From Candidatus Beckwithbacteria bacterium (GTDB lineage: Bacteria; Patescibacteriota; Microgenomatia; UBA1400; CG1-02-47-37), in assembly GCA_026397255.1 (NCBI GenBank), contig JAPLVF010000013.1, forward strand, positions 251,532-315,531: a stretch of DNA of 64,000 bases, read 5' to 3'. Shown here piece after piece: positions 9,837-18,249 of this stretch; position 1 is the stretch's first letter, and each line of letters starts with the position of its first letter. A program made the position numbers and the translations under genes. The notes below the pieces were generated by a model, which did no database searches, had not been told where the DNA came from, and worked only from the letters and a program-made list of their open reading frames with translations.

Positions 9837-11318
9837 ATGGACAATATCGGCCTGCAGCCACCATTCACTCCGCCACCAGAAAGACCCTCAGTTACTCTTC
9901 CACCGATTCCGCCGACGACGCCACCAGCACCACCAGCCACTCCACCAGTACAACCACTAGTGCAACCGGAACAACCAATAATCCAACCGCCCCATAATCA
10001 AAGGGCGAAAAAGGCCAAAAAAGTTTTGCCGAAGTTAGCAGTCGGCACACTCTTAGTCGCGCTTTTGGTGGGAGGATTAGTGTTAGGGAAAAACTTAATC
10101 GGGCAAAAAACTAGTGTAGAGAAATTGGCAACCGCCACGATTTGCGAATCGCCTTCGCCATATCCGTATACTCACCCACTTGACTGTGGGGCCCAATGTT
10201 GTAATAAGGACACACAATACTGTTGTACATTTGGTTGTAAAGATAAATCTGATGGCCCTTGCCCCGGTGAAAGCCCAACGACCGGACATTTTGCCAATTC
10301 AGAATGTTTCGAAACCGGCTGCCATGTCAGCGACGCTGACTGGAATAACGGAGTTAGTCCTCTTTGTGTTGTGATGCATTACTGGTGTCCTAATGGAGGA
10401 GCTTCGTGGGATCCAAATGTGTGTGGCGAAGCTGTAAGTGGTTACCAAATAATTGGTAATCGGGTTCAAGAAGCGGTTTTTTCTCAAGATTGTGGTACTG
10501 AACAAATCGATTTAATATGCCAGGGCGTTACGGATCATCCCCATAGAAATCGCCATAAGGGGCCTTGCGCTAGTCCGTCACCGAGCGAACAACCGGCATC
10601 ACCTAGTCCGAGCCCGTCGGTTTCATCACCCAGCCCGAGCCCGTCGTCGTCACTTACAACTATTCCAAATTGCACAAGCTTAATAACAACTGCTGATCTA
10701 AATAATTTGCAAGTAGGAACCGAATATTCTTTCCAATTAACAGCCGGAGGTACTGCTCCAATTACTAGCGTAGAAATGTCTGTTTATGGTAGTAGTTGTT
10801 CGAATAATCTTAAAACATATACTCCACAGACTGTTTCTGGTCCGGGGACTTACACGATTAAATGGACTCCTACCCAAGCAGGTTCGTTTACAGCTTACGG
10901 CAGGATCTGGAACGATGGTGTAGCTGAGTGTCGGGCTGACTGTGTTGATGGTCCACCACGATACTTATGCGCTAATGCCCAAGCGTGTAAATTAACAGGC
11001 ACTGTCACATCACCAACAACCATCAGTTGCGTGGAATTAACGAAAAATACGGCCAACCCTAAATTAAATGACGCTGTGCCTTTTGTTTGCAATGCAGGTT
11101 ATTCTTCACCTTCTCTCGTGGCTTTCTTTAGATACAGCACCAACGGCGGTTCAACTTACAGCGACCGTTTACCTACGAACGGCGTAGTAATAAATCCCGG
11201 CGCTTACCGAGCCTATTATACGATTACTATTGGCCAAATCGGCAACTGGGTTGTCCAATGCCGCATTTGTACCAGCGCGGCGGCGACTACCTGTACTGCT
11301 TGGGGGCAGGCAAATTAA
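9837..11318 (+). CDS. Membrane-anchored, Cys-rich extracytoplasmic protein with a Pro-rich N-terminal tail and (SP)n linker.
   Basis: N-terminus PPFTPPPERPSVTLPPIPPTTPPAPPATPP, then a TM helix, then about 40 Cys in the ectodomain and an internal ASPSPSEQPASPSPSPSVSSPSPSPSSS linker. Confidence 0.55.
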   Translation: MDNIGLQPPFTPPPERPSVTLPPIPPTTPPAPPATPPVQPLVQPEQPIIQPPHNQRAKKAKKVLPKLAVGTLLVALLVGGLVLGKNLIGQKTSVEKLATATICESPSPYPYTHPLDCGAQCCNKDTQYCCTFGCKDKSDGPCPGESPTTGHFANSECFETGCHVSDADWNNGVSPLCVVMHYWCPNGGASWDPNVCGEAVSGYQIIGNRVQEAVFSQDCGTEQIDLICQGVTDHPHRNRHKGPCASPSPSEQPASPSPSPSVSSPSPSPSSSLTTIPNCTSLITTADLNNLQVGTEYSFQLTAGGTAPITSVEMSVYGSSCSNNLKTYTPQTVSGPGTYTIKWTPTQAGSFTAYGRIWNDGVAECRADCVDGPPRYLCANAQACKLTGTVTSPTTISCVELTKNTANPKLNDAVPFVCNAGYSSPSLVAFFRYSTNGGSTYSDRLPTNGVVINPGAYRAYYTITIGQIGNWVVQCRICTSAAATTCTAWGQAN

Positions 11319-11320
11319 CT

Positions 11321-11929
11321 ATGAAAAAAGATAATAAATGGCTATTGTGGGGACTGATTGGCTTTACGGCTATCTTGCTGATAACGGCAATAATTTTATT
11401 CCTGCAGTTAAGGAAACCAACACAGCCCTTGCCGACGCCAAAACCAGTCGCCTCACCGCAAGTTCCGGAAATAAATGTAGCGGGTACGGCTGGTGTCTGT
11501 GAGCTAAGCTTTACGGTGACAGCGTCACCTTCACCCTCACCGAGTCCGGGGACGTCACCTTCACCCTCACCGAGTCCGGGGACGTCACCTTCACCCTCAC
11601 CGAGTCCGGGGACGTCACCACAACCAAACGTTTGTTTTGACACCTGCAGCACAGATGATGAATGTAAGGTGGCTAATTCTGAGTGGAGGTGTATGACTGT
11701 GTCCGGCGATAAGCGCTGTGTTAACCCTAACTGCACGGACGAGACCGACTGTAACTGCAATATCGCTTCCTCGCCTAACCCAACAATTATCGCCTACGCT
11801 TCACCAACTCTTCCACCCCAAACCAAGGGCGGCCAGCCGGTGTTACCGCAAGCGGGTATTTCCGGACCGGCAGTTTTAGGGGTTTCAGCCGGACTGTTGC
11901 TGATGCTGGCCGGGTTGTTGTTGTTTTAA
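11321..11929 (+). CDS. Small surface protein carrying an (SPSPSPSPGT)x3 tandem-repeat linker, a Cys-rich domain and a C-terminal LPQAG plus TM anchor. The start was moved to the ATG at 11321.
   Basis: MKKDNKWLLWGLIGFTAILLITAIILF (TM). Three identical 10-aa repeats encoded by three identical 30-nt units. The protein ends VLPQAGISGPAVLGVSAGLLLMLAGLLLF. Confidence 0.6.
   Translation: MKKDNKWLLWGLIGFTAILLITAIILFLQLRKPTQPLPTPKPVASPQVPEINVAGTAGVCELSFTVTASPSPSPSPGTSPSPSPSPGTSPSPSPSPGTSPQPNVCFDTCSTDDECKVANSEWRCMTVSGDKRCVNPNCTDETDCNCNIASSPNPTIIAYASPTLPPQTKGGQPVLPQAGISGPAVLGVSAGLLLMLAGLLLF
11524..11613 (+). repeat. Three perfect tandem copies of a 30-nt unit (gtcaccttcaccctcaccgagtccggggac), in-frame within the CDS.
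   Basis: Identical 30-mers at 11524-11553, 11554-11583 and 11584-11613. They encode S-P-S-P-S-P-S-P-G-T repeats. Confidence 0.9.
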
Positions 11930-11931
11930 AT

Positions 11932-13134
11932 TCAGCGCCAGGTAGGTAACCAGAACCAATATTTTAGTAAGTTTACAGGTAGTGGTATTGCGGTATTTAA
12001 GGGGTAGAAGAAAATAAAAGTTATAATCGTTATAAATATTATAAATTTTATAATTTTGGCTGGCAGAGCGTTAACCACTTGAGCTAAAATTAAACATAAA
12101 AAGGGCAGGGCGGGCAGATAGTGATGTAAAAACATAATCCGGGGAGAAAAAACGAAAGGAAAAAAGAGAAAGAAATAACAAATCAGAAGAAATAAATTGC
12201 TGCAGAAAATTAAGGAAATTAAACCGCCCCAGAAAACTAACGGGTTGCCAAGATTATAAATATTGGCGACAGAATTTTTAAAATACTCAACATAAAACCA
12301 AACCGGCCGGATTAGAAACGGCCACTGCCAGGCAGAAGACTGATAAGAGTGAGTGGCGGTAAGGTGGGTTTGATACCAAATAATTTGCTTGTGAAGATCA
12401 AAAAAACTGGTCAAGCTGCCGCCGCGGAGAAATAACTGAGAATAAGAGAGAAAATAAATAATCACTGTAATAAGTAATATGTAAACTGTAAACAAAAATT
12501 TTTTGGGAGATCTAATCAGAAAGAAAATTAGGTAAATCGGAAAAAGCAAGACGGCAGAATGTTTGGTGGCCACGGCCAAGCCGGTAAAAATAGCAGTAAG
12601 AAAGAGATTACGATAAGGAGACGCCTTCACATGCGTAAAGGAGTCTCCTTTAATAAATCGACAAAAGAAAGTGAGGGCAAAAATAATCCAGGTAGTCACA
12701 AAAATATCATTCATGGTAATCCGCGACATCGTCAACTGAAGATTGTCAAAAGCAAAAAAAGCGGCAGCCATTAAAGCGATTTTTTTATTTTTAAATAATG
12801 TCAGGGCGAAATAATAAAGGGCGGCAATGGAGATTGTCCCAAAAAGGGCACTGGGGAATCGCCAACCGAAACTGTTATCGCCGAAAATCTTAACTGAGTT
12901 CGCTTGAATTAATTTAGCTAAAGGCGGATGAAGCCAATCATAGGCGGTATTGGGTTCGGGCGCTTTGGCAAAGGGATTATAGGCATCAAGGTTCCCCTGA
13001 CTAATCGCCCGCACGGCCGGAACATGATAAACCTCGTCGAAAACATAGGCAGCCGGGACACCCAAGCGGAAAACCCGCAGGAAAAAACTAACAACGAGCA
13101 ACAACCATAACGCTCTCGTGTAAAATGGTTTCAT
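11932..13134 (-). CDS. GT-C fold membrane glycosyltransferase, GT39/PMT-ArnT-like (protein O-mannosyltransferase family). The start is tentatively placed at MKPFY.
   Basis: A loop-1 motif YVFDEVYHVPA (DE motif) is typical of PMT/GT39. There are more than 10 TM helices. An in-frame palindromic element sits at 12615-12650. The track ORF extends to 13248. Confidence 0.6.
   Translation of the reverse strand: MKPFYTRALWLLLVVSFFLRVFRLGVPAAYVFDEVYHVPAVRAISQGNLDAYNPFAKAPEPNTAYDWLHPPLAKLIQANSVKIFGDNSFGWRFPSALFGTISIAALYYFALTLFKNKKIALMAAAFFAFDNLQLTMSRITMNDIFVTTWIIFALTFFCRFIKGDSFTHVKASPYRNLFLTAIFTGLAVATKHSAVLLFPIYLIFFLIRSPKKFLFTVYILLITVIIYFLSYSQLFLRGGSLTSFFDLHKQIIWYQTHLTATHSYQSSAWQWPFLIRPVWFYVEYFKNSVANIYNLGNPLVFWGGLISLIFCSNLFLLICYFFLFFPFVFSPRIMFLHHYLPALPFLCLILAQVVNALPAKIIKFIIFITIITFIFFYPLNTAIPLPVNLLKYWFWLPTWR
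12615..12650. repeat. Palindromic hairpin element family A, copy 1 (AAGGAGACGCCTTCACATGCGTAAAGGAGTCTCCTT), located inside the GT39-like CDS.
   Basis: Read directly from the sequence. Translated in-frame on the minus strand as KGDSFTHVKASPY. Confidence 0.85.
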
Positions 13135-14566
13135 GCTGTCTATTGTAGCAAGTTTTGTTTTTTGGCTTGGCTGGGTTGGGTTTTTTACGATTACCTGGAG
13201 CCATGTTCTGGTGAAAGAGGCAGCGGGCTGGTGGTCAAGTTGCGCCAATTGTTGGGGCGATTGGTCGGCCCACCTGGCTTATACGACCAGTTTTGCCTAC
13301 GGCCACAATTTCCCGCCACAACTGCCGATAATGGCCGGCCACAAATTCAGTTATCCGTTTCTGATCGACTGGTTGTCAGCCATACTCGTGAAATTGGGCT
13401 TGGATTTAAGATGGGCATTAATTATCCCCGGCTGGATTCTATCGTTAATTTTGATTTGGCTGATTGTCAGATTGGGGCAAAAATTAACCGGCAGCTTGGC
13501 GGTGGGCCGGTTGGCCTCATTGATTTTTTTATTTAACGGCGGCAAGAAATTTTTAAATATTGTGGTAGCCCAATTAATGCCGCAAAGAGGCTGGTTGTTG
13601 GGCATGAGTTTAGGGATAATTATTTACTTATTGTTTTGGCAGTGGCTGGAAAAAAAGCAAAAAAAATATTTATTAATTGCCGGGATAATTGCCGGCTGCC
13701 TACCCTTAATTCATTTACATTCATTGGCGGCAGTGATTTTTGTAGCCGGGTGGTTAGTAATATTTAATTTCTCCCGGCAGTGGCTGTATTTTTTCCTACC
13801 ATTGGCTTTGTTGGCCACACCCCAGATATTAAGTTTTTATTCTCTGGGATTACATTTAATTAAGTTTAACCCGCAGTGGTTAGGTTTAGACCTAGGCTTA
13901 GTGATAATTTTAGGATTGATCGGTTTTATCAAGGCGGATAAAAGACTTAAAAAATTTGTTCTGCCTTTTTGGGGATTATTTATTTTGGCTAGTTTATTTG
14001 TTTTCCAGCCATTTGATTGGGACAATACCAAGATTTTTGACCATTGGTATTTAATGCTGGCAATTTTAGCCAGCCTCGCCTTACAAAAAATGTGGCAAAA
14101 ATCCTGGTGGTTAAAAATTGGGGCAGGAATTTTGTTTGGTTTAATGATTTGGCCAGGTTTGGCGGAAACGATTAAATTTAACCAGTACCAAAAAAATAAA
14201 TATTTGTTTTTCGGTAATGAAGAGCTGGCTTTAGCCGAAGTGGGTAAAAAAAACATTCCCCCGCAGGCAGTGGTTTTAACCGCCAGTAATCATAACCATT
14301 GGCTGCCAACTTTAACCGGGAGAAAAATTGTTTTAGGTTATACCGCCTGGTTATGGTCCTATGGCGTTAATTACCAACAAAGAGAGGCAGATGTAAAATT
14401 AATGTATCAAACGGGGAGCAAATCATTGCTGGAGAAATATAAAGTTAATTATGTGTTAATCGGGCCGGAAGAACGCCGTCAATTTAGGGTAAATGAAGCT
14501 TGGTTTAACAAGAATTTTCCGGTAATTGAATTGAACAGAGAGAATAAACTTTACCAAATCAACTGA
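13133..14566 (+). CDS. Polytopic membrane protein, probably a GT-C-type glycosyltransferase. The start is ambiguous.
   Basis: 477 aa with roughly 12 TM helices and a C-terminal soluble domain. The start codon is interleaved with the divergent gene's start at 13132-13135. Confidence 0.5.
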   Translation: MLSIVASFVFWLGWVGFFTITWSHVLVKEAAGWWSSCANCWGDWSAHLAYTTSFAYGHNFPPQLPIMAGHKFSYPFLIDWLSAILVKLGLDLRWALIIPGWILSLILIWLIVRLGQKLTGSLAVGRLASLIFLFNGGKKFLNIVVAQLMPQRGWLLGMSLGIIIYLLFWQWLEKKQKKYLLIAGIIAGCLPLIHLHSLAAVIFVAGWLVIFNFSRQWLYFFLPLALLATPQILSFYSLGLHLIKFNPQWLGLDLGLVIILGLIGFIKADKRLKKFVLPFWGLFILASLFVFQPFDWDNTKIFDHWYLMLAILASLALQKMWQKSWWLKIGAGILFGLMIWPGLAETIKFNQYQKNKYLFFGNEELALAEVGKKNIPPQAVVLTASNHNHWLPTLTGRKIVLGYTAWLWSYGVNYQQREADVKLMYQTGSKSLLEKYKVNYVLIGPEERRQFRVNEAWFNKNFPVIELNRENKLYQIN

Positions 14567-14579
14567 AAACTGACAGCAG

Positions 14580-15746
14580 TTAAAGAAGATTACGCAGCAG
14601 CAGACAGTAAAAAACCGCATACTGCTGATTGTGCTGATAAAAATTTTCAATAAATTGGGTGTAAAACAAAGGGTAAACTAACTGGTCAAAAATAGCGATA
14701 AAGGCTAATAAAACAAACATTAATAAATATTTAAGCTTATTGTTTTTTTTGAACTCTAAAAACGGAAACAAAGATAAAAACCACCAAATATATTGCGGAT
14801 TAAGATTTTTGGAAAAAACCAGAAAAATTAAAGTCAGGCAAAAAATAATGGCAAAATTGAATTGTTTAAAGTAAGATCTTTTAAACCACAAGAATAAATA
14901 AAATAAACCTACCGGCAGCAACCAGATTGAATTAAAAAACGGCAGCTTTAGGCTAGTAATAAAGTTTAAGTTAATTCCCCAAACTCCATAACCACCCAAT
15001 GGGGGCGGTGGTTGATGAAATTTTAATAAAGAGGTTGCAGTTAAAAGGCTTGCAGGCACGCTTTCGATGCTGACATATTTATTTTTATGAAAGGCTAAGG
15101 TTTCAGCTATCTGTTCCCATCGCCCTCCGAAAGCAAAAAAGATTAAAACCGGTAAAATAATGGCGCCTAAATAAAATAAAATAAATTTTTTTAGTTTCGG
15201 CAGCTGATGGCGGTAAAGAAGAAATAAGTAGGGCAAAAAAATTATTGGGTAAATTTTAATACCGGTGGCCAAACCCAAAGCCAAGCCCGAAAAAGAGAGT
15301 TTCTGCTTCTGCCAAAAAATTAGGCCTAAAATTATTAAGAAAGCGGCAAAAGTATCAAAGCGAAATAAGCTGATTGGGCCGAAACATAAAATCAAGATTA
15401 AAAATTGCCATCGGCGGCGGGAAAGCAAAAAACTGATAAAAATAATTAATAAATTGAGCCAAATGACTGCTTTTAAATATAAGGCGTAGTTGAGCTTAGA
15501 CCAGCCGGAAAAAATTGCCGGAAGAAAATTATAAAAAAGAGTGGCCGGTAGCAGTTCATTGTCTTTATAGCTTCCAAAAGAATTATGTTTAAAAAAGGCG
15601 GTTAAGCGCGTATACCAAACCCAAACATCTACCTGTAAATGGGCATTCCAAAGCGGATTTTGCGACTGAAAATAAAGAGCTAGAAAAACAAGTAAGCCTA
15701 AAACTCCCAACAAAATTGATTTTTTTCTGAGTAAAATATTAAGCAT
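14580..15746 (-). CDS. Polytopic membrane protein, GT-C/GT87-like putative glycosyltransferase.
   Basis: 388 aa with about 11 TM helices. Family not resolved. Confidence 0.45.
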   Translation of the reverse strand: MLNILLRKKSILLGVLGLLVFLALYFQSQNPLWNAHLQVDVWVWYTRLTAFFKHNSFGSYKDNELLPATLFYNFLPAIFSGWSKLNYALYLKAVIWLNLLIIFISFLLSRRRWQFLILILCFGPISLFRFDTFAAFLIILGLIFWQKQKLSFSGLALGLATGIKIYPIIFLPYLFLLYRHQLPKLKKFILFYLGAIILPVLIFFAFGGRWEQIAETLAFHKNKYVSIESVPASLLTATSLLKFHQPPPPLGGYGVWGINLNFITSLKLPFFNSIWLLPVGLFYLFLWFKRSYFKQFNFAIIFCLTLIFLVFSKNLNPQYIWWFLSLFPFLEFKKNNKLKYLLMFVLLAFIAIFDQLVYPLFYTQFIENFYQHNQQYAVFYCLLLRNLL

Positions 15747-15761
15747 AACTAAAATTCTAGC

Positions 15762-17204
15762 ATGAAAAAGATTATTGTAATCGCGATTTTTATTCTAGCC
15801 TTGGGGTTGAGAGTTTATAAATTGAGTTTGAGCCCGCCGGGATTGTATGCCGATGAGGCGTCCATCGGTTACAATGCCTACTCTATCTTGAAAACTGGGA
15901 AGGATGAACATGGAGTTGCCTGGCCAATATTTTTCCAGGCCTTTGGTGATTATAAAAATCCGGTATTTATTTATTCTTTGGCGCCGCTAATCAAGCTAAA
16001 TGGTTTAAAACCAGAGACAATCCGCTTGGGAGCGGCTATCTGGGGCAGTCTGGCAATTCCCTTGTTAATGGCGGTGGCTTGGGCAGCGACGGCAAACTTT
16101 ACTTTAAGCTGTTTGGCTGGAGTAGTTTTGGCCTTAATGCCGTGGCACCTCCATTACAGCCGGCTAGGTTTTGAAGCGATTACTTTGCCAACCTTAATGC
16201 TTTTATCTTTATGGTTATTTCTTAAATGGCTAAAAAATAAAAAAATTCTCGCGGGGATCGCTTTGGCGCTAAGTTTATTTTTAATGTTTTACAGTTATAC
16301 CACTGCCCGCTTGTGGATGCCGCTATTGGGTTTGATTTTACTAATACTTTTTCGCAAACAACGGTTGAGTTTGACTAAAAAAATAGTTGTTTTTGATTCG
16401 CTGCTAATAATGTTTTTACCGCTTTTGATCTGGCTTAGACAATTTCCGGATAGTTTAACGGCACGGATGAATCAAATTGCCATTTGGGCAGATAAGCCCC
16501 CTTTGCAAAAAATGTGGCAACGTTTTTGGTCGACCTATGCCGGCCATTTTACTTTCAGCTGGCTTTTTTCCCGGGGCGACACAACCATCCGTCACTCCAG
16601 CGGCATCAGCTCAGAAATGCTGTTAAGTTTTGCCCCCTGGTTAATCATTGGTTTAATCATGCTAATAAAACAATGCCGCAAACAACCTTTTTGGCAGCTG
16701 ACCTTAATTATGATCGGCCTATTCCCGTTAGCGGCGGCTTTAACCCAAACCAGCCCGATTGCCACCAGAACTTTACAAGCGACCCCATTTTTCAGCCTGG
16801 CAATTGCTTGGGGAATAATAAAATTAAAAAAGCCGTTGTTGATTATTTTGGCCTTGATAATTATCGGGTTGGAGTTCGGCCGTTATTACCGGGATTTAAT
16901 TTATTTTTATCCAAAACGGGTGAGTCAACCGTGGGATGGTTTTGATAGCCAACTGGGCCCAGCCATTAAAACGGCTTACCAGAAAAGCCAAGAACAAAAA
17001 AAGCCATTATTTTTATCTAGTAAAATCGAGCAAGCTTATATTCAGGGTTTGTTTTTTACCCAAGCTGATCCCCGGCTCTGGCAGACAAAACATCAGACTC
17101 CATTTACGGTAGCTAAGTTTAAGGCAGTTAAAGCTGGTGAGATATGGGTGATTACCCGAGACGAATGTCCGCAAAAAGATAAAGATTATTGCGTTTTATT
17201 CTGA
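15762..17204 (+). CDS. GT-C fold glycosyltransferase, ArnT/PMT (GT39/GT83)-like.
   Basis: N-terminal loop YADEASIGYNAYSILKTGKDEHGVAWPIFF carries a DE motif and basic loop as in ArnT/PMT. About 12 TM helices and a C-terminal soluble domain. Confidence 0.65.
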   Translation: MKKIIVIAIFILALGLRVYKLSLSPPGLYADEASIGYNAYSILKTGKDEHGVAWPIFFQAFGDYKNPVFIYSLAPLIKLNGLKPETIRLGAAIWGSLAIPLLMAVAWAATANFTLSCLAGVVLALMPWHLHYSRLGFEAITLPTLMLLSLWLFLKWLKNKKILAGIALALSLFLMFYSYTTARLWMPLLGLILLILFRKQRLSLTKKIVVFDSLLIMFLPLLIWLRQFPDSLTARMNQIAIWADKPPLQKMWQRFWSTYAGHFTFSWLFSRGDTTIRHSSGISSEMLLSFAPWLIIGLIMLIKQCRKQPFWQLTLIMIGLFPLAAALTQTSPIATRTLQATPFFSLAIAWGIIKLKKPLLIILALIIIGLEFGRYYRDLIYFYPKRVSQPWDGFDSQLGPAIKTAYQKSQEQKKPLFLSSKIEQAYIQGLFFTQADPRLWQTKHQTPFTVAKFKAVKAGEIWVITRDECPQKDKDYCVLF

Positions 17205-18235
17205 TAAAGAAGTTCGGAAACGTAAGAATAGACAGACTGCCAGTTATTGTTAACCGGCAACAAGACCCACTGGCCGTAAAGACTACTGGGCGGATTGTAT
17301 AAAAGAGCGGGAATATCTTCGCTGCTGCTGCCTTGGTCAACGATCCCGGTGCGCAGACTGGAAGATTTAACTCTTAAAACCAGCTTAACTAAATCAATAT
17401 AGCTAGAGGTAGAAAGATCGGTTTTGACAGCATGCTTAAATTCTTGGTAAAGAGCTTTAAGCTTGGCAGGATTTAATAAAACGGAGGGTGATAACACTTT
17501 GTCTTTGAAGGCCAATAAAACCAATTGCTGGCGTTGGGCCCGGGCATAATCACTCCCTTCCTCTCCCTGGGAATAGCGGGAACGGACATATTTTAACGCC
17601 AGAGAACCATCCATGTGCTGTTGGCCGGGAGAAAAGGTTAAGGCTTCGTAGCGGCTGGATTCGGGTTCGGCGGTTTCTTTGCCCGGAACCGGATACTGCG
17701 GGTCGGTAAAACCATGAAGAACATTAAGATCAATTCCGCCCACAATATCGATGGCTCTTTCAAAACCGGAGAAATCCAGAAGAACAGCGTAATGGACCGG
17801 CTGGTTAATAATCTCGGAAACAGCACTTTTAGCCAAAACCAGGCCGCCGCCCAACTGCTTGGCTTCACCAAATTCGTAGGCAGTATTAATTTTAGCGGAT
17901 AGGGATTCTATCCAAATATCGCGCGGCAAAGAAATAAGAACCGTATCCGAGTGAGTTAAATTAACAGAAATAAACATAATACTGTCGGTTAAGTCGGCGC
18001 CGGGATGATCGCCGCCGCCAATACCCAGAAGCAAAAAGTTGGTGCGGCCGCGAAAAGAATTAAGCTGAGTAATGGCCGGATTAATCAGAGAAAAAATTTT
18101 AGTCAGCGGCTTGGTTTTCGGGATAAACCAGATAAAAAATAGAATGATTAAACTAATAACCGCTAAATAAAAAACCGGCCGGAGAAAGAGAATAAATTGG
18201 TAAGTACGACGTTTTAATTTAGGCACTAAAGACAT
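17186..18235 (-). CDS. LytR-CpsA-Psr (LCP) family glycopolymer phosphotransferase.
   Basis: N-terminal TM, then LLLGIGGGDHPGADLTDSIMFISVNL...LISLPRDIW... The LCP core motif is present. Confidence 0.8.
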   Translation of the reverse strand: MSLVPKLKRRTYQFILFLRPVFYLAVISLIILFFIWFIPKTKPLTKIFSLINPAITQLNSFRGRTNFLLLGIGGGDHPGADLTDSIMFISVNLTHSDTVLISLPRDIWIESLSAKINTAYEFGEAKQLGGGLVLAKSAVSEIINQPVHYAVLLDFSGFERAIDIVGGIDLNVLHGFTDPQYPVPGKETAEPESSRYEALTFSPGQQHMDGSLALKYVRSRYSQGEEGSDYARAQRQQLVLLAFKDKVLSPSVLLNPAKLKALYQEFKHAVKTDLSTSSYIDLVKLVLRVKSSSLRTGIVDQGSSSEDIPALLYNPPSSLYGQWVLLPVNNNWQSVYSYVSELLYQNKTQ

Positions 18236-18249
18236 GTTATGATTCTAAC

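Noticed and set aside
11524-11613. Possible CRISPR array.
   Set aside because: The three repeats are directly adjacent with no spacers and lie in-frame inside a CDS. This is a coding tandem repeat.
11287-11760. Minus-strand ORF with GEGEGDVPGLGEGEGD repeats.
   Set aside because: It is a mirror-frame artefact of the 30-nt tandem repeat in the plus-strand surface-protein gene.
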